Part shown: positions 1 through 8,737 of the stretch, piece by piece
How the letters are laid out: the number at the start of each line of letters is the position of its first letter
Numbering within the stretch: position 1 is the stretch's first letter
Source: Candidatus Bathyarchaeia archaeon
GTDB lineage: Archaea > Thermoproteota > Bathyarchaeia > TCS64
Direction of reading: 5' to 3'
NCBI GenBank assembly: GCA_050014495.1
Contig: JBEKDF010000001.1
Location: 160,001 to 224,000 of the forward strand
Length of the DNA: 64,000 nucleotides
Program-made: the position numbers and the translations under genes
Notes under the pieces: model-generated
Seen by the model: only the letters and a program-made list of their open reading frames with translations
What the model was told of the DNA's origin: nothing
The model's database searches: none

Positions 1-3
1 GGT

Positions 4-585
4 ATGGAGGGATTGCACTACGCCGCGAAGAATGGGCTCGCTGTCGTCGTCATGGAGCCCATCGCTGGTGGACGCCTCGCTATTGATCCTCCGGATGGCA
101 TAAAGAAGCTCTGGAGGGAGGGCCATCATCGGTGGAAACCCGCGGAGTGGGCGCTTCAATGGGTCTGGAACCAGCCGGAGGTCAGCCTACTCCTGAGCGG
201 CATGAGTGCCATGCAGCATGTCGAGGAGAACGTTAAGGCAGCGGACAGAAGTGGCGTCGGCAAGCTTACGAGAGACGATATACGCCTCATCGACAGAGTG
301 GCTAAGAAGTACAAGGAAATGGGTTTCGTAGGATGCACTGGTTGCAGGTACTGCACACCGTGCCCTAGCGGTGTAGCAATTCCCGATATATTTGCCATAT
401 TCAATGAGTTCTACATGAAGGATAGGGACCCTGCGGTGAAGGCAAAATATAGGGAGCAGCTTAAGCAGGATCAGTGGGCGAAGAACTGTACCCGTTGTGG
501 ATGTTGCGAAGATTTGTGCCCCCAACACCTGCCCATAAGGGAACTGCTCCGCGGCGCGGGAGAGACCTTAGAAATGAACATGTAG
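4..585 (+). CDS. Aldo/keto reductase with C-terminal 2x[4Fe-4S] domain (5' end truncated by the window)
   Basis: AKR C-terminal motifs (VVVMEPIAGG, ALQWVWNQPEVSLLLSGMS) followed by CTGCRYCTPCP and CTRCGCCEDLCP. Confidence 0.85.
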   Translation: MEGLHYAAKNGLAVVVMEPIAGGRLAIDPPDGIKKLWREGHHRWKPAEWALQWVWNQPEVSLLLSGMSAMQHVEENVKAADRSGVGKLTRDDIRLIDRVAKKYKEMGFVGCTGCRYCTPCPSGVAIPDIFAIFNEFYMKDRDPAVKAKYREQLKQDQWAKNCTRCGCCEDLCPQHLPIRELLRGAGETLEMNM

Positions 586-683
586 CCATCTCAAATGCAA
601 TAGATCGATGAATTTAATTCAAATCGACCTCACATTTTTCAGCGCACGGTCATTTAGTGGAATTAGGGTACAGTTCAATGGGT

Positions 684-702
684 CGGGTAAAAATTTTACC
701 CG
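684..702. promoter_or_regulatory. Perfect inverted repeat CGGGTAAAA-A-TTTTACCCG, candidate operator upstream of the MFS gene
   Basis: 9-bp arms with a 1-nt spacer, about 20 bp upstream of a TATA-like TTATTA at 721. Confidence 0.35.
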
Positions 703-764
703 GGTCTCGCTTGAGAAGGCTTATTAGCTTAAGACACTCCGTCGGTTCTGTTTAGTCCGAGGAG

Positions 765-2042
765 ATGCCCAGCACGGGGACCAATAGACTGAGAGATGTA
801 ATCAAGGGCAATGTCCTCGTCCTCACCGTAAGCAGCATCCTATGGAACTTCTCGGACACCATCACATACGCGTACCTAAGTCTCTACATACTATCTCTAG
901 GTGGAGACTACGTCACAATTGGCGTAGTAAACTCTATTGCGAGTATATCCGCAATCGTCCTCTATCCAGTCGGAGGCTATATCGCGGATAAGGCAGGAAG
1001 GGCTAAACTAATTGGATTATCAACATTACTATACACCTCGAGCTACGCTCTTTTCGCGATTGCAAATACTTGGCAAGTAGTAGCAATTGCGATGATCTAC
1101 CAGCAAGTAATCCTCTTCTATATGCCGGCGATAAACGCCCTAATGGCGGACTCTATCCCAGTAGGTTCAAGGGGTAGGATGTATGCCATCACCGTGGGTT
1201 TCCCCGAGGCAGTAAGAGTCATCATACCTTACCTCGGTGGATATTTGATCGCCCTCCTCACACTCCAGCCAGCTATGCGTGTTGGCTACACCATAGGATT
1301 CTGTCTTGGTTGGCTTGTCACATTCATCAGGCTTCGCTACCTGAAGGAGACGATCAATACGACTGAGCCGATTGGTAAGGATCTCAAAAAGATATTCAAG
1401 GAGTCATACAAAGGGGCATTCTCCTCAATCCGTTGGATGTTTAAAAATATCAGGGGATTCTTAGTGGTCGCGATCATTGTCGCTTTCTCTGGCAACTTCG
1501 TCATGCCATTCTGGATAGTCTTCGCCCAGCAAGTCAAAGGGTTGACTCCCTACGAATGGGGCATCATCCTTCTTCTCTCGGGCGTGACACGAGCGACAAG
1601 CAGCCTCCTAATCGGCGGTCTCATCGATAGGATTGGTGCGAAGAGATGCATGCTCATAGGCTTCGCCCTCACGATACCAAGCCTCATTCTCTTTGTCAAC
1701 GCCAACGGCTTCTGGCAGATGACACCCATATACCTCGTACTGGTTCTCGGCAGCACGTTCTCCTGGATAGCCTCCTCTGTGCTCCTAGCTAACATAATCC
1801 CCAAACAGCTTAGGGGGAGGATCATGTCGGGCATAGGGCAAGGCCTCGGCCTCGGAGTCTCGGGTGGCGGCTACGCGAGCGGTTTTCTGCTATTCATCCC
1901 TCTCAGTCTAGGCGCATTCATTGCTGGATACATTTTTGCGTACAACAGTGCACTGCCATGGTTCCTGCTTTCTGGATTCCTCGCTGTGGCTATGGCGATA
2001 ACATTTCTATTCGTAAAAGAGCCCCCGAAAGCTGAGGAGTAA
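765..2042 (+). CDS. MFS transporter
   Basis: About 12 hydrophobic segments; MFS motif A (GGYIADKAGR, GGLIDRIGAK). Confidence 0.9.
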   Translation: MPSTGTNRLRDVIKGNVLVLTVSSILWNFSDTITYAYLSLYILSLGGDYVTIGVVNSIASISAIVLYPVGGYIADKAGRAKLIGLSTLLYTSSYALFAIANTWQVVAIAMIYQQVILFYMPAINALMADSIPVGSRGRMYAITVGFPEAVRVIIPYLGGYLIALLTLQPAMRVGYTIGFCLGWLVTFIRLRYLKETINTTEPIGKDLKKIFKESYKGAFSSIRWMFKNIRGFLVVAIIVAFSGNFVMPFWIVFAQQVKGLTPYEWGIILLLSGVTRATSSLLIGGLIDRIGAKRCMLIGFALTIPSLILFVNANGFWQMTPIYLVLVLGSTFSWIASSVLLANIIPKQLRGRIMSGIGQGLGLGVSGGGYASGFLLFIPLSLGAFIAGYIFAYNSALPWFLLSGFLAVAMAITFLFVKEPPKAEE

Positions 2043-2132
2043 GTCTCAAAACTATTATGTGCTGAGCAGGAACCGACCCGGGATGCTTTTTAAGTCTGGC
2101 ACATCGATTCTATCAGAACACAGGGGTTAGCT

Positions 2133-3623
2133 TTGGACTTCGATATTGAACGATACACTCCGATGCCCGTCGCCTACGAGCTCAGGTATATGATGCTGAA
2201 GAAGCTACGCGATGGCGAGGACCCACTACCCGATATAGAGGGTAGGGAGGAGACGAAGGCGGACGTTATAAGATCGGTTCTCAGCGGCAGTTACCCTTAC
2301 CTCGTTAGTAGGGAGGGAACAGGGAAGACTCGTCTTGCGGAGAGTCTCGCTAAGCTCCTCCCACCAGTCCCCAAAATAAAGGGCTGTCCCTACAACTGCG
2401 ACCCCAAGTGGCCCGAGGAGTGGAAGTGTCCAAGTTGCCAGGGTAAAGAGGAGCCGGAGATTGAGATCATTTCGGGCATCCAGCGCTATAGCAGGATTCA
2501 GGGAAACGAGTACACTAACGAGGCGAAGATTCTTGGCGTCAAGGATATCCAAGCCATAGTTCAGGGTGAGAGCCCAACGGACCCACGCGCATTCATAGGC
2601 ACAGGTGTCCTCCGCGGTAACAGAGGAGTCGTCTGCGTCGACGAGCTCCCTGCTATACCCACAAAGGTGCAGGTACTCTTTCATCCAATGCTACAAGAAG
2701 GCAAGGTTGTCCTCGAGGAGTACAACTGGGTACGACCCATCGACATATTCTTTGTCGCCACCGGCAACCCCACAGGATTCAGCCACGTCAATAGAGTCCC
2801 AGAACCCCTACTTGACCGACTTGAGCTCATCCCTATGACTCTCCCCGACGAGAATATTGAGCGCGAAATCATGCTAAAAGAGAGCTTCAAAATCCGAGAC
2901 GAGTTCTTCCTCGATAAGACAAAGATGACAACTGAGGAACCCATATACGTGAAGCCTGAAGAACTAAAACGAAGGGCATCAGTACCCTGGTGGATAGTCG
3001 ATGCTGTCGAGAAAACCGTCCGCTATTCACGCGACTGCCCTAATATCGATCGTGGGAGCAGTATACGAGGCTCAATAAAGAGCCTTGACCACACTTTAAG
3101 CTCCACTGAGCGGGTGGGGAAGAGCGTCGCGGGCCTCAGAGAAGCATCCGATGGGTTAAAACTCGCCCTCAGAGGTAGGATCAGGCTCCGTGCGGACCTC
3201 GTAGGTTTCGACGATAGCCCCGCCTCCTTTATGGTAAAAAACGACGAGGTTGTCGAGGACATCCTCTGGTATGCAGCACGGGATGTCGGTATCAGTATAC
3301 TCAAGGGAGTTGAAATAGACCCACGCCAACTCGCTGGCGAGATCAACGCCATACTATCTAGCGATGATATAATTGAGGACCTCCAGGATCATCCAGCTAC
3401 TTACCGTGTCGTCCGATTCATGGAGGAGAACCAACCATGGGAGAGCCCGAGTCTCTTTAGCGGCCTCGGCGACCTCATCAGGGACAGACCCGAGGCCTTA
3501 GATGTCGACACACTCAGTGAGTATAGGGGAAGCGCCCTTGAGCTCCTTGCCCACGCCCTAACCGCTGGTAAAATCGTAGAGGCAAAGATTGATAACGCCT
3601 ACGCCCCAAAGCGGATGGTGTAG
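2133..3623 (+). CDS. AAA+ ATPase, MoxR / Mg-chelatase ChlI-like
   Basis: Walker A REGTGKT, Walker B VCVDE, ATGNP, LLDRL; ChlI-like GCPYNCDP insert. Confidence 0.8.
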   Translation: MDFDIERYTPMPVAYELRYMMLKKLRDGEDPLPDIEGREETKADVIRSVLSGSYPYLVSREGTGKTRLAESLAKLLPPVPKIKGCPYNCDPKWPEEWKCPSCQGKEEPEIEIISGIQRYSRIQGNEYTNEAKILGVKDIQAIVQGESPTDPRAFIGTGVLRGNRGVVCVDELPAIPTKVQVLFHPMLQEGKVVLEEYNWVRPIDIFFVATGNPTGFSHVNRVPEPLLDRLELIPMTLPDENIEREIMLKESFKIRDEFFLDKTKMTTEEPIYVKPEELKRRASVPWWIVDAVEKTVRYSRDCPNIDRGSSIRGSIKSLDHTLSSTERVGKSVAGLREASDGLKLALRGRIRLRADLVGFDDSPASFMVKNDEVVEDILWYAARDVGISILKGVEIDPRQLAGEINAILSSDDIIEDLQDHPATYRVVRFMEENQPWESPSLFSGLGDLIRDRPEALDVDTLSEYRGSALELLAHALTAGKIVEAKIDNAYAPKRMV

Positions 3624-3625
3624 CA

Positions 3626-4861
3626 GTGAATACACCCAACCCCTGCAGCGATATTAAGGATAACACTCTAGACCTCCTACGTGACGCTGTAAAAATGCAG
3701 ATGGGGAAGGGCCTTGACCAGGACTCTGAGATGATGGAGAAGGTCAGGAAGAAGGCCGAGGATCGCCTAGAGACCAACCAGAAGAAGAGGGAGAAGCTTG
3801 AGAACCAGCTTGAGCAGATCAAAGCCAAAATGATGATGAAAGCCGTTGAGAAGCTCCTCGATGGAGTGACGGATGAGGAGGCCCTTCAAGAGCTAGAGTT
3901 CACAGAAGAGATGGAGACGCTAAAAGAGCAGATTGAGCAGCTTGACCTGGAGCCTCACGCTGTGAGTCAGGAGGACTTTGATGAAGCGCTTCGCGATCTC
4001 GAGAAAAAGGGTCTACTTGACGGCAGGGGAAGAGGCGTCGTACTCACGAGCAAGGGTGCCCAATTATTGGGTAGAGGTTTTCTTAGTTTAATACTAATGA
4101 ACCTCGCCCGGAAAGGTTTAGGCGCTCACAGGGTCGAGGACATAGGTCACGGCCCATGGCTCGCTGCGACCTACCGTCCCTATGAGCCCGGAGACCCATA
4201 CGATAGGATAAACATCGAACGCACACTCATGGCCGCCATCGAAAGAGGTGGCGGATTCCGCGAGATGAAGACGAGCGATTTTCGTATCCACGATAGTCGC
4301 CACGCCACCGAGGTCCACTTCGGCGTTCTCGTCGACCAGAGCGCTTCGATGAAGAAGAAGGGAAAAATGGAGGCCGCTGTAGAGACGGCTCTAGCCCTCA
4401 GCGAGCTTATGCGCCTCGAATTTCCTGAGGACAAGCTACGCGTCTACGCTTTCAGCGAGGAGACAAAAATTGTGGAGCCATACCAACTCTCCGGCGTCAC
4501 CGTCCCTCAGCAGTTCACCGACATTCGGAGACCCCTACGCGTCTTCCGCCAAGCCGTTGCTATGGAACCCGGCAACAAGCAGGCACATCTCATCACCGAC
4601 TCCGCTCCCAACTTTCTTGATGGAGAGTTCGTGGGATTCAAGAAGGCAATGGAGGCAGTGATTGAGGAGGTCCGCTTATACCGACTTCACGACATTCTCC
4701 TCAACGTCGTCATGCTTGACGATGACCCTGAGCTCAGAGAGTTGGCTAAGCGAATAGCGCAAGTAAATAATGGGAGGGTCTTCTTTACTGACCCCAAGAA
4801 CCTCGGCGAGACTCTCGTGGAAGATTATCTCTGGTCGAAAAAGGAAATTCTTAGCCTCTGA
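3626..4861 (+). CDS. VWA-domain protein, partner of the upstream AAA+ ATPase
   Basis: MIDAS motif DQSASM, TDI and LITDS; coiled-coil N-terminus; starts 2 nt after the AAA gene stop. Confidence 0.8.
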   Translation: MNTPNPCSDIKDNTLDLLRDAVKMQMGKGLDQDSEMMEKVRKKAEDRLETNQKKREKLENQLEQIKAKMMMKAVEKLLDGVTDEEALQELEFTEEMETLKEQIEQLDLEPHAVSQEDFDEALRDLEKKGLLDGRGRGVVLTSKGAQLLGRGFLSLILMNLARKGLGAHRVEDIGHGPWLAATYRPYEPGDPYDRINIERTLMAAIERGGGFREMKTSDFRIHDSRHATEVHFGVLVDQSASMKKKGKMEAAVETALALSELMRLEFPEDKLRVYAFSEETKIVEPYQLSGVTVPQQFTDIRRPLRVFRQAVAMEPGNKQAHLITDSAPNFLDGEFVGFKKAMEAVIEEVRLYRLHDILLNVVMLDDDPELRELAKRIAQVNNGRVFFTDPKNLGETLVEDYLWSKKEILSL

Positions 4862-5025
4862 AGGGGTTGATGAGGTTAGATAAAAAAATATGTGGTGGGA
4901 AGTATATTAAGAAGCTTAGGATTTATCAATTAGTCTGGACACCACCTCCCCCACATTTTGGCCATTGCATCTCTCCTTAAATGGGTTTATGGAGCCTTGA
5001 TCCGTCTTAATGTAGTTACTCGCCT

Positions 5026-5505
5026 CTATTTCCTGAACCTGGCCTCGACAAGCTCCGAGATATCGATGTTCTCTCCCACTGAATAAAGCCACAGTGAGAT
5101 CGAGGTGGGGCCAACGTGCTTGAAGCGGGTGTTAACCCTTCTGATTACTCCTTGGTAGTTGTTCGACTTATCGAGACCATCGAGCCAGGACGCGACACTC
5201 CCACTATCACTAACTATTCTCTCAAACTCACGGGCGTTGTGGATGGTCGCGAGTATCTTATTGCGGTTCCTGATTATCTTGGCATCTCCCAAGAGTCGGG
5301 TGATATCAGTTGCTCTATAGCCTGCTACCCGTTGGATCTCAAAGTTCTCGAACGCATTCTTGAAGGCAGGCCACTTCCCCGCGATAGTAGCCCAGTTCAA
5401 GCCGGATTGGAAGACGCAACGGCTAAGGTTCTCGAAATAGGCTGAGTCTGTAGGAGGCCTCCGCCCTCTATACATCCAACTCGTATAGACTGAATCGTCT
5501 CCCAT
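5026..5505 (-). CDS. tag: DNA-3-methyladenine glycosylase I (Tag family)
   Basis: YFENL..FQSGLNWATI..K..F..AF, IIRNRNKILATIHNA and FKHVGPT motifs. Confidence 0.8.
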   Translation of the reverse strand: MGDDSVYTSWMYRGRRPPTDSAYFENLSRCVFQSGLNWATIAGKWPAFKNAFENFEIQRVAGYRATDITRLLGDAKIIRNRNKILATIHNAREFERIVSDSGSVASWLDGLDKSNNYQGVIRRVNTRFKHVGPTSISLWLYSVGENIDISELVEARFRK

Positions 5506-5536
5506 GACTGATTTATTTAGTTTAGCGCTTTTGAGG

Positions 5537-6154
5537 TTACGGCTTCATATATGCCCTATTGATAATTACGTCCTTCACGGGCCAATTATCGTAGGGAATG
5601 GTCTGATTATAGGCGGGGAGGAAGATGCTCCTTGTAGCTGTCTGCGTCTTAGCAATCTGGTTGACAACATCCATACCTGAGATCACCTTTCCGAACACGG
5701 CATAGCCTGCGTTGTTCGTTGAATAGTCAAGGTTTGCATTATCAACGAGGTTTATGTAGAACTGACTTGTAGCACTGTCCGATGCGCTCGTTCGTGCCAT
5801 AGCAATTGTCCCAGCTAAATTTTTCAAGCCATTGTTAGACTCAAGTTTAATCGGAGCATTAGTAGCCTTCTCCGTTCCGTTCACTGAGAAACCTCCACCC
5901 TGGATTACGAAGCCCGGCATCACCCTGTGGAATACTGTGCCGTCATAGAAACCCGCCTTTACATATGTGACAAAGTTGTTGACGGTTATAGGGGCATGCT
6001 GACGGTCAAGTTGGATCTCAATTGTACCCATAGAGGTTTCGAATACAACTATCTCCGTGGGTTGTCCAATGAATTGGGATAATACCACGAGACCTGAGGC
6101 TGTCAAAACCACGATTACAGCGATGGATATTATCGCCTTTCGGCTGAACTTCAT
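5537..6154 (-). CDS. Cyclophilin-type peptidyl-prolyl isomerase with N-terminal membrane anchor or signal peptide
   Basis: APITVNNF, FYDGTVFHRV..FVIQGGG, GTIAMART, ATSQFYIN, YAVFGKV. Confidence 0.92.
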   Translation of the reverse strand: MKFSRKAIISIAVIVVLTASGLVVLSQFIGQPTEIVVFETSMGTIEIQLDRQHAPITVNNFVTYVKAGFYDGTVFHRVMPGFVIQGGGFSVNGTEKATNAPIKLESNNGLKNLAGTIAMARTSASDSATSQFYINLVDNANLDYSTNNAGYAVFGKVISGMDVVNQIAKTQTATRSIFLPAYNQTIPYDNWPVKDVIINRAYMKP

Positions 6155-6204
6155 AGTTCAGGAGAAATGCTGCTAACCTCTAAAAGGTTTGTTACCAGAA
6201 GTGG

Positions 6205-6759
6205 CTAAGTTAGAATACTGAGGAGGTCCGCCTTCGTCACTATTCCGACGATGCTGCCCTTCCTCTGAACAAGGACTGCTGAGTAGAACTTAAGGAGGTT
6301 TGTGAGGAGAGATATAGGGGCGTCCTCACCCACCTGTGGGAAGGGTTCGTCCATAATCTCGGATACTACTTTGGCCTGACTCTCGTTCTTCTTAGCAGCA
6401 AGCATATGGTCAAGGAGGGTACCCTCATTTATACTCCCGACAGGACGCTCCCCATCCATGACAGGGAGTTGACTAAAGCCGTTTCTCCTCATTATGTCGA
6501 TTGCGTCCGATATATGTGTGGTCTTCTGTATCCCGACGACGGAACGGTTCATTATCTGACCCGCGGAAACCTGTTTCTCCTGCTCGAGCCTGTCAAGCGC
6601 CTCAAAGAGTGCCTTAACCTTGGAATAGCTCGGCTCGATGTTCCCGGCCTCAAGCTTCGCTATATAGCTCTGACTCACACCAGCGAGTTCAGCGAGCTGG
6701 CTCTGGGTGAGCCCAAGCTTCCGTCTCCTCTTGGGGATTATCTCAAGCGCGGGTAGCAT
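6205..6759 (-). CDS. XRE-family HTH plus CBS-pair transcriptional regulator
   Basis: GLTQSQLAELAGVSQSYIAKLEAG HTH, then two CBS domains (GFSQLPV, VGIVTKADLL); ATG at 6759 preferred as start. Confidence 0.88.
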   Translation of the reverse strand: MLPALEIIPKRRRKLGLTQSQLAELAGVSQSYIAKLEAGNIEPSYSKVKALFEALDRLEQEKQVSAGQIMNRSVVGIQKTTHISDAIDIMRRNGFSQLPVMDGERPVGSINEGTLLDHMLAAKKNESQAKVVSEIMDEPFPQVGEDAPISLLTNLLKFYSAVLVQRKGSIVGIVTKADLLSILT

Positions 6760-6891
6760 AGGGGGATACGGGAGCGGAGTATAGATATATTCTTTTCTGA
6801 ATACTGAACGAGGTCGTTTATGCAAAGGAATAATTTCAGGGAACAAGGAAAATATTCACTTAAAGGCGCGGATCTTGCCAGGGAAGAAATG

Positions 6892-7851
6892 TTAGTCCTT
6901 TTTCTGGTCCTCGACCTTCTCTAGAGCCCCTGCTATAATCAACGGGAAGATACTTGTAACCTCCCCGAATATCGTGGAGGTCATATTCATTCGCTTCCCC
7001 TTAAGCTTCCCCCAACTGATTGATTCCTTTAGTGGGGCACCGCTAAGGCTGCCGTCCTCAACTCGAGCCGAACCAATCTGTATCGCGGAGTCGAGCCCCT
7101 CCCTCAAGGTGTGAAGGTACTGAGTATGATGCTTTGGAGTCCCTCCACCGAGTATGATTGCTCCTGACTTCTTAGCGTCATATACCATGTCCGTGAACCT
7201 ATCGAAGTCCCTGAGGGGATTGATGACGAGTTTCTTCTGTTTCGAATACATATAAAGAGGAATCCCGAGCATGCAGTCGAGGAAGCCGGGACTGAAAATT
7301 GGAGCATCCCTTTTCGCTGCATTATAGAGAATCGAGTCTTTATCTGTGAGCCTTAAACCGATCTCCTTGAGTAGCCCATTTATTGAAATACCATCCCGTA
7401 TCTCTTCTGGAATATCATCTAGGATCTTGTAGATGTACTTCTCCAATTCCTCGAAGACCTTTCCCTCAAAGTAGATGTCGTATGCGCGGTTGATTCCCTT
7501 CTCGTAGAGCTCCTCATCGTCTGCGTCAACTTTACCTATATAATGGTGGGCTCCCATCGCCTCGATGAGGTCGCCAACCATATTCGCGCCATTTGTCACG
7601 ACTGCATCGATATAGCCATCCTTAATGAGGTCGGAGAAGACGACCCTAAGCCCACCGTGACAGAGAGGGCCGGAGAGCGTGATGAAGGTTGTGTACTCTG
7701 GGTCGGAGAACATCTCAGCCACAATGTCGACGGCTTTTCCTACCCTGCCCGCCTGCATAACACCGGTTTTACGCATCTCGTCAGCTAGCTCGCCAACGGT
7801 CATCCCGGCTCTGAGGCGCATCTGGTGGACGCGCTTCAATCGGGCGCTCAA
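6892..7851 (-). CDS. dys: Deoxyhypusine synthase
   Basis: LGGGTPKH, DGSLSGAP and ESISWGK (catalytic Lys); overlaps the aIF5A stop codon by 4 nt. Confidence 0.92.
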   Translation of the reverse strand: MSARLKRVHQMRLRAGMTVGELADEMRKTGVMQAGRVGKAVDIVAEMFSDPEYTTFITLSGPLCHGGLRVVFSDLIKDGYIDAVVTNGANMVGDLIEAMGAHHYIGKVDADDEELYEKGINRAYDIYFEGKVFEELEKYIYKILDDIPEEIRDGISINGLLKEIGLRLTDKDSILYNAAKRDAPIFSPGFLDCMLGIPLYMYSKQKKLVINPLRDFDRFTDMVYDAKKSGAIILGGGTPKHHTQYLHTLREGLDSAIQIGSARVEDGSLSGAPLKESISWGKLKGKRMNMTSTIFGEVTSIFPLIIAGALEKVEDQKKD

Positions 7852-8249
7852 CTCTTGACGCGGTTGATCTTATACCGACCCATGATAATCCAGTACTCGA
7901 CCTCTTTGCCTGCTGCGATTTTACCGGCTATCTCATCATCGGTGGGCATCGAAATCTCTATGGTCTCGTAGGTTTCAAGATCCATGAGCTGTACACCCTG
8001 ACCCGGGGTGATGGAGACAATCTGGCCGCTCCGCTTGTCGACGATGGGGATCTGACAGCCAGCGTCCGCCTGGGCGAGGTAAGTCTTCTTCTTCCCATCG
8101 AAGAGACTTATGCCACTTGCACGTATCTTGGCACTACCATGCTTGCCGGGTTTGCTCTTCTCAATATCTACAATCTGGCAAGGCTCGTTGTCTATGAGGG
8201 CATAGCTTCCGACCTTGAGATCGCCAGCCCTCGAGTTCTTGTAGGACAT
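7848..8249 (-). CDS. eif5a: Translation factor aIF5A
   Basis: SKPGKHGSAK hypusination loop and VQLMDLETYET; start at ATG 8249. Confidence 0.95.
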   Translation of the reverse strand: MSYKNSRAGDLKVGSYALIDNEPCQIVDIEKSKPGKHGSAKIRASGISLFDGKKKTYLAQADAGCQIPIVDKRSGQIVSITPGQGVQLMDLETYETIEISMPTDDEIAGKIAAGKEVEYWIIMGRYKINRVKS

Positions 8250-8413
8250 GAGTACACCTGTTGGTTCAGTTTCAAGCACCCAAACAGTATTAAAGATTGT
8301 GCAGAAACAAAGGAGTTCATAATCCCGCGCGATAAAGAAGTTGCATTTTTCCGGGGGTATCGATTTTTGCTTTGGATAGAGGAGGAATTATAGGACTGGC
8401 TTCGGTTGATTCG

Positions 8414-8689
8414 TCAGCTGGTACGCTTGATAATATGGTAACCAAACTGGGTTTTTATTGGTTCAGAAACCTGACCAGGCTTGAGTGCAAATGCAGCCTG
8501 TTCGAACTCCTTAACCATCTGCCCTCTCCCGAACTGACCTAAATCACCGCCTCGCTTACCTGAGGGACATATACTATACTTCTTCGCGAGCAGACTAAAA
8601 CTTGCACCTGCTTTAAGCTCCTCAACCACTTTTAGGGCTTGAGACTGTTTTTCCAATAGTATGTGGGACGCCCTAATCTTTGTGGACAT
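8414..8689 (-). CDS. ppiC: Single-domain parvulin-type PPIase
   Basis: [36 protein letters not shown]. Confidence 0.92.
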   Translation of the reverse strand: MSTKIRASHILLEKQSQALKVVEELKAGASFSLLAKKYSICPSGKRGGDLGQFGRGQMVKEFEQAAFALKPGQVSEPIKTQFGYHIIKRTS

Positions 8690-8737
8690 TGCTATCTCCT
8701 AATGACCGAATTCTGCTTTTTATAAAGGGTTGGGTTT

